Notes: generated from the sequence alone by a model not told the origin. A stretch of 62,782 bases of DNA, filler included, from Reclinomonas americana ATCC 50394 (GCA_048213135.1; 47 parts of 47 records of this genome joined end to end with filler, not necessarily neighbours in it), one strand, 5' to 3'; positions 47,846-60,658 are shown, counted from the first letter of the whole stretch. A program made the numbers and translations.

Positions 47846-48072
47846 ATGATGCGCGCAGTGGTGACAGCGGTGTGTTCCGCTCTCTTTGTTGCTCCCTCTC
47901 TCACGCTGTCTCTTATGCACGCGCGTGTGCAGTTTGCGCGACGCTTCTCATCGGCGGCGCCTGTCAAGTCACTGGTGCTGGTGGAGCACAATGGGAAGGC
48001 GCTGAATGCGGCCTCGCTCTCCGCCATCACTGCCGCCACGCAACTGGGCGGTCCAGTGACGGCTCTTGTTGC
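47846..48072 (+). CDS. ETFA: Electron transfer flavoprotein alpha subunit, N-terminus
   Basis: Mitochondrial-type presequence MMRAVVTA|FARRFSS, then SLVLVEHNG..LNAASLSAITAATQLGGPVTAL. Confidence 0.9.
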
Positions 48073-48222
48073 GTGTCACCTTGTGCACGCGCGCGTGTGT
48101 GTGTGTGTGTGTACTGATTGCANNNNNNNNNNNNNNNNNNNNNNNNNNNNNNNNNNNNNNNNNNNNTTAATTAATTAANNNNNNNNNNNNNNNNNNNNNN
48201 NNNNNNNNNNNNNNNNNNNNNN

Positions 48223-49457
48223 AGGGTCTGCTGCGCGAGACGGTGAACCGTCAGCTCGTGGCTCGTCTCGACCACGAGAAGAGCTCGGAGGAGCGTGTGC
48301 GCCTGCTGGAGGACGAGCTGCTGAAGCAGGAGGAGTTTGCCCGCAGGCACATAAATTCGCTGGCCGCCCACAACCAGCAGCTGGAGGCGCAGGTGGAGTC
48401 GCTGCGCGCGCAGTTGGCAGTGGAGAAGCCGAATGTGGAGGCGCAGCGCTTGACGGTCGAGTTGACCGAACTCAAGGATCGCCACTCGAATTCACTGCAG
48501 GAGTTGGCGTCGGCGCAGGAGCGTATCTCGTCTCTGCGCCGTGAGCTGGACCAGATTAGCGAGTACCACCAGGAGGAGATGCGCGTGCAGCACCTCAAGC
48601 TGAGCGCCGTGTTGCAGGAGCGCAACATTGCCGAGGACACGCTGCAGTTCATGCCAGTGTCGGAGTTTGAGGCCGCCCAGCACGAGTGGTACCGCCAGGA
48701 GGCGGCGCTGCGCGAGGACCGCGACCTGGTCGAGAAGGAGTTTGTCAAGCTCATGGCCGAGAAGCAGGAGACCAACGCGCTGACCAAGTCGTTGAAGGAG
48801 GAGCGAGATGGTGTGTGTGTGTGCGTGTGTCCTCGTGTTTACTGCCACTGTTGTCGCTGACGTGAGGTGAAATGATGCTTCCCAGCGGCCATTGTCAAGA
48901 TCAATCAGCTGGAGGAGGAGCTTTTGCGTCAAAACACCTTCTCCAACAAGGAGACTGGCACTCTGGCTCTCACCAATGCACGCATGCGTGACGAGTTGGC
49001 GCATGTGAGTTGTGCTCTGTGTGTGTATGTGTGTCTGTGATATGCGGCCACTTGGCTGACTCCTCGCGACACAGGCGCGTCAGGAGTTGGAGATGCGCAC
49101 TCGGCGGTGGGCCGAGGAACGCGACGAGCTGATGCGCACAATCGTGTCCATGCGCGAGCAGCACGCCGAGGATGTGCGCACGGAGACGCAAATGGCAACG
49201 CAGAAGATCCGTCTGCTGGAGAGCGAGTTGGCGCAGCAGAGCGAGTACCTGGAGACGGCACGCGAGCAGCAAATGCAACGCCATCAGGCCGATCTGGAGA
49301 ACTTGAAGAACGACTTCCAGCAACAGTACGCGGAACTGGAGCAGGTGATTCGCTCCAAGGACGACATCATCCGCAAGCTGCACGACGACAAGACCAAGCT
49401 GCAAGACGAACTCGCCCAAGCGCGCACCAAGGACCCGCGCGCCCGCATTCCCGACAG
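48223..49457 (+). CDS. Long coiled-coil protein (partial)
   Basis: Three E/Q/L-rich heptad exons joined by GT-AG introns. Confidence 0.75.
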
Positions 49458-49557
49458 NNNNNNNNNNNNNNNNNNNNNNNNNNNNNNNNNNNNNNNNNNN
49501 NTTAATTAATTAANNNNNNNNNNNNNNNNNNNNNNNNNNNNNNNNNNNNNNNNNNNN

Positions 49558-49710
<153 letters not shown>

Positions 49711-50319
49711 AAGAGAGAGCAAGAGAGAGTGAGAGCAAAGGATCGAGGGATGGAGAGAGCGAGAGGGAGCAAGAGAGAAAGAGAGTACGTGCAAGAGAGA
49801 TGAAACCAAACGAACGCGCATTGCGCGCGTGTGTGCACCCCACACGGAGGCACGTAGAGAGCACACTGCATTGCTGACAAAACAAACACTCACCAGCAAA
49901 TAGAGCGCATTCGTTCAGCGCGACGACAAACACGAGAAGCACAGAAACAAGAGATCCATGCCGACGCATTAGTCGTGAAGAGCGCTCGACGAAACTGCTG
50001 AAATGCGCGGGAAAAACTGCACTTGTCCTCATTCACTCCAGCAACGAGATGGCGAACGGCGCAAGGTCGGGGTGGGGGGAAGGAAGGGGGCACGTGCGGC
50101 ACCTCAAACATCATTATCACCATTGTCATCAAATACGTAGGCGACACGTCGACGTCACTTCGCATGCGCATGCAATCGAAACGCACGCAGCGCAGCGCGC
50201 ACGGGGCACATGCATTATGCATATGGGTAGAACGCAGATTCCACAAACTCGCCACACTCCGCAAGCGGCAAATATTATAGGCGGCCGCGGTTGCGAGCAC
50301 AGAATGAGCAGCCAAACCG

Positions 50320-50370
50320 CAACAACAACAACAATTTCATTCACCAACAAACAGGCAACAGCTGTCTTGA
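50320..50370 (-). mobile_element. Very short copy of the retrotransposon 3' terminus with a (TTG)n tail
   Basis: caacaacaacaacaatttcattcaccaacaaacaggcaacagctgtcttga matches 4046-4088. Confidence 0.7.
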
Positions 50371-50491
50371 ATATTGTGCAATTGCGCATGCAAGCCATCG
50401 GTGACTGTGCATGTGCGAGCTCGCATGCGGAGCTCGAGAGGTCAAACTCTCGTGCCGCTGGCACTTTCAGAGTTGTTGCGTCGGGAATTCC

Positions 50492-50682
50492 ATGCGGTGA
50501 AGCTTAAGATCGCAGTTCTCGACTTGTTCGGAGCTCCGCGAGCGAACACACACACACAAGGAACCGTGCGTACTGACTGCCTCAAGATTGGTGTCTGTGT
50601 TGATGTTTTGAATACGGTTGAACTTGGTCATCAAGACAGCTGTTGCTTGTTTGTTGGTGAATGAATTGTTGTTGAATTGTTG
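50492..50682 (+). mobile_element. 5'-truncated copy of the retrotransposon 3' terminus
   Basis: Reverse-complement match to 4046-4215; ends ggtgaatgaattgttgttgaattgttg. Confidence 0.8.
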
Positions 50683-52759
50683 TACTGTATGTGTACAGGT
50701 TACGTACGTGCCGATTGTTGTCACGCAAGTTGGATCGTGCGCGCAGACTACCCGGGGGTCGTTGAAGAAGATGGGCATCGAGGGCGGCCAANNNNNNNNN
50801 NNNNNNNNNNNNNNNNNNNNNNNNNNNNNNNNNNNTTAATTAATTAANNNNNNNNNNNNNNNNNNNNNNNNNNNNNNNNNNNNNNNNNNNNACCACACAA
50901 CCGGTCGCCGGAAGTGGTGGTACAAAATGCCGAAGCGAAGACGAACCTGCACATGCTGACACGTGAGCCGAGCTGCTTAAAGGATGACTTACGACAAGCA
51001 GGTACCCAGATCGGCACCAGAGAAAAGCATAATTGGAAATGACACAGTGTTACAAGAAAAACGCGTGTCCAGTCCACAAGCAAACGCACCTCTTTGGCAT
51101 CCAGTCGCAAGTGCGATCGTAAGCGCTTCGTCCAGATTACCAGCGCAACTGGCGTGCACAGGACTAGTGCCAGCAAAACGACGATGACTGGCAGCAGCTT
51201 GGTCCATCTGTGATTGTCAAGTAATACGAGTGAGTTTACGAATGCAAGTGGATGGTGATCCGTCACGCACTTGCCCTCCCTGTCTCGTTGACTCTGTCTT
51301 TCTCCCTCTCACTCCGTGACTGTCCTTGAAAGTGTCTGATTCTCTCCCCTCGTTCAGACGCGTTGATGCTCACAGCATCGATTATGCACAGGCATATATG
51401 CACGAGACATTTTTACATTCTGCCTCCCACTCGTCCTCTCTATCGGTCTTTCTCTTTATATGTGCATGTGCCGCACATTCAGTATCTCTTCAGCGCCCAG
51501 TTTCTGTCTCCCTGCCATGGTCTTGCCATCAGCACACTGAGTTCGCTTGTCTGCCTTGCTAAGGGACAAATGTTGCCTGTGTCTGCATCTATCCCTCAAA
51601 AAGATGCTGACACTCTCAGTCTATCTCTCAGTCTATCTCTCGCTCGAATCTCTCTCCTCAGCAAATTCTTTACATCTTTCCAATAGGGTCTCTGCAAGGG
51701 TCAGGTCACTGACTCCCTGACTCTCCTGCTCTTTGATTCTTTTTCTCTGACTCTGTGTTTTTCCGACTGTCTGACGCTCTGACTCTCTGACTCTTCTCTG
51801 ACTCTCTTCTCTGACTCTCTCTCACGAACATACGCACTCTCACACACATACAACTAATGCGCGCAGTGTCTCCCAGGACTAACACTGACTTAAAATGCCC
51901 GGCTCTCCCTTCTCAGATCATCGATAACTCTACACCTCAATTTCACTGTTCCAAACTCTCTCTCTCTCTCTTTCTCCAACTCTATCTCCCTGTTGGTGTG
52001 TCCCTCTCCATATTTTGTCGTATTATTTGAAGTCCGTTCTCTGTCTCCGTCTCTCTCACTCGCCCTCTCCAACAGAATGAGTCTCACCGCCAAGTGACTC
52101 TCACATTCTACTACTATCTACGTTTNNNNNNNNNNNNNNNNNNNNNNNNNNNNNNNNNNNNNNNNNNNNTTAATTAATTAANNNNNNNNNNNNNNNNNNN
52201 NNNNNNNNNNNNNNNNNNNNNNNNNAGAGAGAGAGAGAGAGAGAGAGAAGAGTAAGAGAGAGAAAGAGAGAGAGAAGAGAGAGGGAGAGAACTCAGCGCC
52301 GTGACTGGAAGTCGCCACACCAGAAGCAAGGCATACAATGCCGAGCGGAAGGGGAAGGCAGACCCGTTCGTGCAGCCTACTACTGCAATGTGTCTTGCGC
52401 TCAGTACTGAGAAAAGACTAAGCATTCAACGAGAAGACGTGAAAGAATGCTATTTGCACGGCAACCTATAGCGTTCTTCTCCACGTACACACACACACAC
52501 ACTCTCTTTTCATCCCTCCCTCCCTCCCTCTCCCTTCTTCCCGTCCCCCCTCCCGCACATTCTTCCCCCACAACTCAACTTCTTGTTCTCCCCCACAATA
52601 TCCTCAGCCGTCGGCAACGGCACAGGTCCAGCCACCGCATCGTCGTCGGCGTCTGCACTCCACACACCACATGTGAGATACGCTGCTCGCCATCTCCATT
52701 CCCTCGAATCCCACGCAACGTCTCTCCTCCCACACAGCCTCTTCGCCGCTCGCATTTGC

Positions 52760-53250
52760 CGACGCCGACGATGCAGAAGACGACGACGAGTCGGAGGATG
52801 ATGCACGATGCCGACTGCTGCGGTGCTTCTTGTGCCGACTCGATCGACTCTTGGAGTGGCGGCTGCTGCTCTTTGATTTTTTCTTATCGCGGCTGCGTGA
52901 TGACGAGCGGTGCTTGCGGCGCTTGCGGCGGTGACGGCTCGACTCTACAGGGAGAGGAGATGAGCATAAATAATATCGACAAGGATGGATAGCGTGAGTG
53001 GCGACGCTCACCGCTGCTGGAGCTGCTCTTTGAGCTCACAGAGTCCGACTCGCCGGATGCGGAGCCTGAACTCGGAGAGTGGCGTCGCTTGCTGCTGCGA
53101 TCTGCGACGGAGTCGGTGAGAGTGATGACACTAGGAGAGTGAACTGTGCCGACCACACACCAGCATCGGGGACAGCAGGTGCACTGGATCCATCGGCGGC
53201 GGCGGCGGCGGACGGAGGCGGTGGTGGAGGCGCATCGTCACCTCTGCATT
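52760..53250 (-). CDS. Arg/Ser/Lys-rich (RS-like) low-complexity protein exons
   Basis: SSRHRRKRRKHRSSSRSRDKKK... exons with GT-AG boundaries. Confidence 0.5.
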
Positions 53251-53778
53251 CGACGATAATGAGACGGACAATCGGGCAAACCAATCGACCATTTTCGGGA
53301 AAATATCGATCACTGCCATCCCCCTTCTCTCTCCCCACACGCACGCAACTTTTTCCTTCCCGGCGGTGTCGGCGAGCGTTCCCAGATGTTCACCGGCAGA
53401 GCACCCATGCGCTGTGCACGCCGACTGTGCCAACATAATTGATGGGTCAATTGAATCTNNNNNNNNNNNNNNNNNNNNNNNNNNNNNNNNNNNNNNNNNN
53501 NNTTAATTAATTAANNNNNNNNNNNNNNNNNNNNNNNNNNNNNNNNNNNNNNNNNNNNGGTCTGAGCGTTCTCATACTTTACGTATTCTCGATTGTGTGT
53601 TCGTCACTGTGCATCGTCTCGCACTTTGTTTCCTTGTGCACCACTGTCTCACTCCAACGTGTGCCGCTTTCTATTTCAGTGTTATGCCACTTTACTTATC
53701 TCCATTTGCGCCTCTTCCGTACTCGCCGCTCCCTTATCTTAATTGTTCTCCCTCTCACTTTCTCTCTCTCTCTCGCTC

Positions 53779-53837
<59 letters not shown>

Positions 53838-53990
53838 GACTGTCTGACTGTTTGTCTATCTGTCTGACTGTCTATCTGACTGTCTGTCTGTCTGTCTGTC
53901 TGTGTTTGTGTGTGTGTGTCTCTCTCTGTCAGTCTTTCTGTCTGTCAGTCTCTCTCTCTCTCTCTGTCTGTATGTATGTGTGCGAGAGAG

Positions 53991-54025
<35 letters not shown>

Positions 54026-54197
54026 CAAGAGCGAGAGAGAAAGAGAGGGAGAAAGAGTGAGAGAGATAGATTTCTTTGTCGGTCGACTTGTTTCTTTGTG
54101 CATTCTAATGGTCTTGCATCTCCTTTCTCTCTTTGTGCGTGTGCACGTTTCCTTGGTTTCACGATGATGACCCCTTTCCCTTCCTTCATCGATGCAG

Positions 54198-54791
54198 AGC
54201 CGCCGTGTGCGCCGCCACCGTGGTCGGCCAGGGCAAGACCTCGTGGCAGGCCGAAATCGACGCCGCCGCTGAGCTGACGGATTTCTGGCGCTTCAACACC
54301 AAGTTTGCGCATGGTACACGCCCTTACTCCCTTCTCCTCCCCATCAGCACACCCTCTAAACCCCCTTTCCCCTCTCAGAGATCTACAGCGTGCAGCCGAC
54401 AGAGAATGCCCCCGGTGTGTGGAACCGCACCGAGTATCGTCCGCTGGAGGGCTACATTGTCGCCGTGACGCCGTTCAACTTTACGGCCATTGGCGGCAAC
54501 CTGCCGACCTCGCCAGTGTTGATGGGTGTGTCTATTTGAAGTCTCGTGCACAGTTCTCGCACTCATTTTGCCTATGGCCGCCAGGCAACGTGTCGCTGTG
54601 GAAGCCATCGAGCACCGCCACCTACTCCAACTACCTCGTGTACCGCGTGCTGGAGGAGGCCGGCATGCCGGCGGGAGTGTTGCAGTTCCTGCCCGGCCCC
54701 GGCTCGGCGTTCTCGCCGGCGTTTGAGCACGAGATGTTTGCCGGTCTGCACTTCACCGGCGGCACGTCCACGTTTAACACGCTGTGGCGTC
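54198..54791 (+). CDS. ALDH4A1: Delta-1-pyrroline-5-carboxylate dehydrogenase (partial)
   Basis: GQGKTSWQAEIDAAAELTDFWRFN, YRPLEGY..AVTPFNFTAIGGNL, GNVSLWKPS, AGLHFTGGTSTF. Confidence 0.96.
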
Positions 54792-55524
54792 NNNNNNNNN
54801 NNNNNNNNNNNNNNNNNNNNNNNNNNNNNNNNNNNTTAATTAATTAANNNNNNNNNNNNNNNNNNNNNNNNNNNNNNNNNNNNNNNNNNNNTCATTCTCA
54901 CTCAGAGAGAGAGAGAGAGAGAGGCAGACACACCAAAGCGACGCAAAAGATACATGCGCCCTTGCTCTCCTCCTCTGTCACAGTCGCACAAACAAAGGAC
55001 ACACAGGCACTTGGAAGTTCCGATTTTATGCCTGCGAAGTTCTGAGTCGGACGTACTTGGTAAGTCGCAGGTCGCTCTTGAGTCCAGACTGCTGCCTCTC
55101 TCCATTCTCTCTTTCTCCCCTTGTTTCACTACACGACGATGTACACTTGTTGCAATATCTTGTTTGGTTTGGCTATCTTGACAGTCAAGGGAGGAGGGGG
55201 GCGGGAGAGCACAGCAAACAGGAGAGAGAGGCGGCGAACGTGAGTCGCCATTCTCTGGCGACCACGCCTTCCATACAGACACACATATACACGCACTCTC
55301 CTTTCTCTAGCCTCTGTCTCCTTTCTTTTAAAAAAATAATGGCAGCATTCGCTGCTGGTCCGGGTTACCGGCGACCGCTATTGTCGTCGGTGCGTCGCGA
55401 TGAGGCCGCACTGGTTGGTCGCGAGTGTTGACGCTGTGCTGGTGCGTTCGGGTTGAGGTGTCCGCGCCGTTGGCTGCCTGATACCTCCACATCGTCCACG
55501 GCCACACGCTGTGGGTGGGGGCAG

Positions 55525-56055
55525 AGAGATGAGCAACAGGAGGCGAAAGGATGGAAGTGAGAAAAGAGAAAGTACGGCGGAGAGAGTGAACGCCGAATTA
55601 AGGACTCGGTAGTAGAGAAGGCGATGAAAGAGCGGAAGAGTCTTCCTCCCCTCCTCCAGCCTCCGCCCAAATGAATCACGGAAGGCAACAGGCCGGAAGC
55701 GAGAGACAGCAAGGCGGCAGAGCAAAAGAATGCCAAAACAAAAAAACTCGGTACCAGAAGTCCCCTCCCTTCCCCACAAAGTGACGAGACAGCACGGCGG
55801 AGAGAGCGAACGCCGAACAAAAGACTCGGTAACAAAAAAGCAATAAAGAACGGGAGAGTCTCTCTGCTTCCCCACAAAGCGAGCAACAGAAGGCGAAAGC
55901 TGGAAGTGAGAGGAGAATGAACTGCTGCAGGGAGAGTGAACGCCAAACAAGAAACACGGAACCGAAAAGTAATGGAAGAGCGGGAGTCACTCTTCCTTTC
56001 CCACAGAGTGAGCAACAGGTAGAAAGATTTAAAGCGAGAAGAGAATGCAATGCTG
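55525..56055. repeat. Degenerate purine-rich tandem repeat (unit about 100-130 bp), probably intronic
   Basis: gagag(t/c)gaacgcc.aa at 55582, 55802 and 55932; gagcaacag..g.gaaag...gaag.gag recurs three times. Confidence 0.7.
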
Positions 56056-56223
56056 CAAACAAGGCCACAGCGCCGGAAAAGAGGCGCCATAGCAAAGGAG
56101 GCTCTCCCTCCCTTCCCCCGCCANNNNNNNNNNNNNNNNNNNNNNNNNNNNNNNNNNNNNNNNNNNNTTAATTAATTAANNNNNNNNNNNNNNNNNNNNN
56201 NNNNNNNNNNNNNNNNNNNNNNN

Positions 56224-56740
56224 GCGGAAACAGAGGCGAGCGATGTGCGAGAGGCGCGCGTAGGAGGGGCACAGGCGACGGACAGTGAGGGAGAAGAAAG
56301 GAGGGCGTAAGAGAGGGTGGCGGGGAAGAGGAAGAGCGGAAACAGAGAAGAATAAAGTGAAAGAGAGCCGCGCGCAGTGAGAGAGAAATAAGGAGAAAGA
56401 AACAGAGGAAAGAGAGAGGGAGAAGGAAAAGACGGTGTAAGAGACGGAGACAGAGAAGAATAACGAGAGAGAGAGAGAGAGAGATCGACGCGGGTGGGAG
56501 GCGGCACAGGCGAGGAACAGTGAGGGAGAAGAAAGGAGGGCGAAAGGGAGGGTGGTGGGGAAGGGGAAGAGCGGAAACAGAGAAGAACAATGTGAAAGAG
56601 AGGCGCGCGCAGGAGGGGTACAGGCGACGGACAGTGAGGGAGAAGAAAGGAGAGAGAGAGAGAGAGAGAGAAAGGGAAGCGGTGACGGGGAAAAGCAGAA
56701 ACAAGAAGAACAATGTGAAAGAGAGGCACGCGTAGGAGGG
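56224..56740. repeat. Degenerate purine-rich tandem repeat (unit about 110 bp), probably intronic
   Basis: acaggcga.g.acagtgagggagaagaaagga three times; gaagaacaatgtgaaagagaggc.cgcg.aggagggg twice. Confidence 0.75.
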
Positions 56741-56863
56741 AGAGAGAGAAAAAAGGTGAAAGGAGACAGAGAGATAGAGAGAGGAAAGAGAGTAAATCAG
56801 CGAGATGGTGGCATGGGGAGAGAGGAATTAAGAGAGTGCGTGTGTGTGAGAGAGAGGTGAAGT

Positions 56864-57160
56864 GACGGAAGACAGAAGGGAGGATATGCCACTCTGTGAC
56901 TCCGGCAACTCACCCGGCATGCCGGGAATAATGACTGCCTGTCCACCAGGTCCGCCAACGCCCAGGCCAACATCCCACCGCATGTTCATCGGTGGCTGCT
57001 GCTGCTGCTGCTGCTGTGGTTGTGGTGCTTGTGCTGGTGGTCGCGGTGGTTGCGCTGCAGCAGCCGCCGATGGTGCTGACGAGGAACCCGAAGAGGAGCC
57101 GGCAGAGGGGTGCTTTGGGGTGGTTTGCACGAGGTGGATCACGGCACCGGCCTCCAGGCC
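56864..57160 (-). CDS. Exon with a ubiquitin-like domain C-terminus and a Pro/Gln-rich linker (BAG6/ubiquilin-like)
   Basis: GLEAGAVIHLV followed by an S/P/Q-rich region. Confidence 0.5.
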
Positions 57161-57557
57161 TGGCGATAGCGAGGGTGAGAAAAGGACAAGGAGAATGCAC
57201 TCGCTCTGCACTCTGTGCTCTCCCTCTCTCTCTCTCTGCGTGTGTATGTATGTATGTGTGTCTCTCTCCTTCAAGTGTCTCCCTCTCGTGTCTCTCTCCT
57301 TCAAACACCTCCTTGCATGTCGCATGTTAACAAAGAGCCTCTCCCACCGCCCTTTCAGATGCGTCTCTATCCAGCGTATCACCGATGCACGCGCTTCCTC
57401 TCCTCCTCCTCTTTCTGCGCTAAGCGCTCAAGTTTCGTGTTCACACTCTTTTCCCTGNNNNNNNNNNNNNNNNNNNNNNNNNNNNNNNNNNNNNNNNNNN
57501 NTTAATTAATTAANNNNNNNNNNNNNNNNNNNNNNNNNNNNNNNNNNNNNNNNNNNN

Positions 57558-57673
57558 GGGGAGGGCCGGGGGTGGGGGGCAGTGCCGCTCGGCACCGGAC
57601 GGGAAGACGTCCCGAGCCCGGCTTCGCGCCCCCCCATCCCATCCCCTTCCCCACCGCAAGCGGGGGGAAGGGG
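57558..57673. repeat. Alphaproteobacterial REP-like palindromic element
   Basis: Hairpin cccttccccaccgc-aa-gcggggggaaggg plus complementary G-rich/C-rich arms (gggggtggggggc / gcccccccatccc). Confidence 0.6.
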
Positions 57674-57692
57674 ATGGGTCCCACGCTTCACG

Positions 57693-58789
57693 ATGCTCGC
57701 ATTCTTCCTGCTCCCCGTCCCTACCACCCTCGCGCAGGCACCCGCCCCAAAGGGGCCCGGCTACCGGCTGGAGATCGCCCCCGACGCGAAGGAGGAGACG
57801 GTCGTCTCCTGGGCACGCGAGCGCTGCGAGGAATGGGACCTGCCGGACGCGCCCTTGCGCGCCTTCCGCAACAGCAAGGGCGAGGTCGTCGCCTTCGCCA
57901 GCCATTACCGCAGCCGGCCGCTGATCGGCGGCAATCTCGGCGCGGTCCGCAAGAGCTGCGCGGTGTCCTTCGAAGCCAAGAGCAGCGCCGATCCCAGCCA
58001 GTTCAGCGACAAGAGCTGGATCGCCGCGACCTGGACCGGCGATGGCCGCAATGTCGAGGCGCTCGTCCACGCCGAATACCATGCCGACAAGCATCCCGGC
58101 GCCTGCCGCTTCAAGGATGCGATGAGCTGCTGGTACAATGTCGTCACCGCCGCCCATTCCAGCGATGGCGGCCTCAGCTTCAAGACCGACGAGCCGCGCC
58201 CGCTGGTGGCGGCGCCAGGCTTTCCCCAGGAGGTCGGCCAGGGCCGACATCGCGGCTTTTTCAACCCCTCCAACATCGTCCAGAAGGACGGCGCCTGGTT
58301 TGCGCTGATCATGACGACCGGCGGCGAGGGCCAGAAGAATGGCGTCTGCCTGTTCCGCTCGACCGACATCAAGGACCCGACCTCCTGGCGCGCTTTTGAC
58401 GGGCAGGACTTCACCATCCGCGCCGTCGATCCCTATCGCGACGATCTCAGTGAGGCGCGGCCCTGCCAGACGCTGAAGCCGCTGCCGACCAATGTGGGCT
58501 CACTGACCCGGCACGAGCCGAGCGGGAAATGGCTGGCGCTCCTGCATCTCGGTCCCGACCCTAGCCAGAACATCGCTGGGGGCCGCGTCGCCTATAGCTG
58601 GTCCGACGACCTGATCCGCTGGTCGCCGCTGCAGACCCTGATGGTGCAGCCGACGATGTGGAGCAAGAATTGTAGCGACCGGCTGCGCTACGGCTATGGC
58701 GCCCTCGCCGACCCCGCCTCGCGCTCGCGCAATTTCGAGACCACCGGCGACGAGGCCTATCCTCTTCATGACCAGGATGAAGGTCGCCG
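57693..58789 (+). CDS. Exported hypothetical protein, probable beta-propeller (glycosidase/sialidase-like), bacterial
   Basis: Signal-like N-terminus; Asp-box-like AHSSDGGLSF, FRSTD..DPTSW and SWSDDLIRW; frameshift near the contig end. Confidence 0.7.
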
Positions 58790-59026
58790 NNNNNNNNNNN
58801 NNNNNNNNNNNNNNNNNNNNNNNNNNNNNNNNNTTAATTAATTAANNNNNNNNNNNNNNNNNNNNNNNNNNNNNNNNNNNNNNNNNNNNCCTCGCCTCCC
58901 AGCGCAGACATCGCCATCCCGTCGCCTTCTAACCTTGCGTCAATCTGGGCTGTTGTCGATCTCCTTTCTCCGGGGCCGCACCATGCCCTTGCCCTCGGCT
59001 CGTTCCCGCGCGACAAGCGGCCGGTC

Positions 59027-60118
59027 ATGACCACTCCCTTCGTCCGCACCGCCCCGTCGCCGACCGGCTATCTGCATATCGGCAATGCCCGCTCGCTGAT
59101 GTTCAACTGGCTCTTCGCCGTCAGGCATGGCGGGCGCTTCCTGCTGCGTTATGACGACACCGATCAGGCGCGCTCGAAGCCGGAATTCGCCGAAGCCATC
59201 GCCGAGGACCTCGCCTGGCTCGGTGTCCTCCCCGATGCCAGCATCAAGCAGTCGGAACGGATCGCGCTCTATGACGCGGCGGCCGACAAGCTGCGTGCCG
59301 CCGGCCGCCTCTACCCCTGCTATGAGAGCGCCGACGAACTCGACCGCAAGCGCAAGCGCCAGCTCGCCCGCGGTCTGCCGCCGGTCTACGATCGCGCCGG
59401 CCTGAAGCTGACCGCCGAGGAGCGCGCCAAGCTGGAGGCAGAGGGCCGGAAAGCGCATTGGCGCTTCCTGCTCGATTGGGAGGAGGTCGGCTGGGACGAC
59501 CTCGTTCGTGGTCCCTCGCATGTCGACTGCGCCTCGCTCTCCGATCCGGTGCTGGTGCGCGAGGACGGCACCTATCCCTATACGCTGCCCTCGGTCGTCG
59601 ACGATCTCGATATGGGCATCACCCATGTCATCCGGGGCGAGGACCATGTCACCAACACCGCCGTGCAGATCCAGATCATGCAGACGCTGGGCGGCGCACT
59701 GCCGGCCTTCGGCCACCACAATCTCCTGACCACCGCGAGCGGCGAGGGGCTGTCGAAGCGCCTCGGCCATCTCTCGCTGCGGGGGCTGCGCGAATCCGGC
59801 ATCGAATCGCTGGCGGTGGCGGCGCTCGCCGTGCTCACCGGCTCGTCGGATGCGGTGCGTCCCGTGTCGAGCCTCGAGGAACTCGCCGGCCTGGTCGATC
59901 TCGCCCATGTCTCGCGCGCCCCGGCGAAGTTCGACGAGCATGAGCTCGAGACGCTCTCGGCCCGGACCCTGCACCAGCTCGATTTCGCCGCGGTCGAGGA
60001 GCGGCTGAAAGAGCTCGGCATTCCTGCCAGCGAGCCGTTCTGGCTCGCCGTGCGCGGCAATCTCGCCCGGCTCTCAGGCGCCAAGGACTGGTGGACAATC
60101 GTCGAGGGGCCGATCGAG
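59027..60118 (+). CDS. gltX: Glutamate--tRNA ligase (3'-partial), alphaproteobacterial
   Basis: [40 protein letters not shown]. Confidence 0.96.
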
Positions 60119-60218
60119 NNNNNNNNNNNNNNNNNNNNNNNNNNNNNNNNNNNNNNNNNNNNTTAATTAATTAANNNNNNNNNNNNNNNNNNNNNNNNNN
60201 NNNNNNNNNNNNNNNNNN

Positions 60219-60299
<81 letters not shown>

Positions 60300-60658
60300 A
60301 ACAGATCTGCAGATCATGCAGCTTAAGCGTTCGTCTAAGGCGTCTCAAGGCGTCACCTGCTGAGCGCCTTTTCTCACCAGTTGTCTGTGCCTCCCTGTCT
60401 GTTCTCTCTCCATCAAACGCAAGCACACACACACACACACACACACATACATACACACACACGCCTTGGGCGTCCCAAGGCATCACCTGCTGATCGCCTA
60501 CTCTTCACCCTTCCCTGTCGCCGCATCTCTCTCCACATCCACGCCCACCGCAAGAGTGCATCAGCCTCCCTCCCTCTTTCCCTTATCGCCCTCTCTCCTC
60601 CTCCGTCACCTTCCCTCTCTTCGCCTTTCTCACTCTTCCCCTGCCTCTTTTGTGCAGT

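Noticed and set aside
48068..48074. GTTGCGT in ETFA as another shifted donor
   Set aside because: Ambiguous: GTT GC also encodes the expected Val-Ala and the next exon is missing, so it was not counted.
50892..51260. Possible transposase relic
   Set aside because: All forward frames are interrupted and no diagnostic motif was recognised.
59045..59056. RTAPSPTG instead of RFAPSPTG in GltX as functional divergence
   Set aside because: A single residue in a low-coverage contig; cannot be separated from natural variation or sequencing error.
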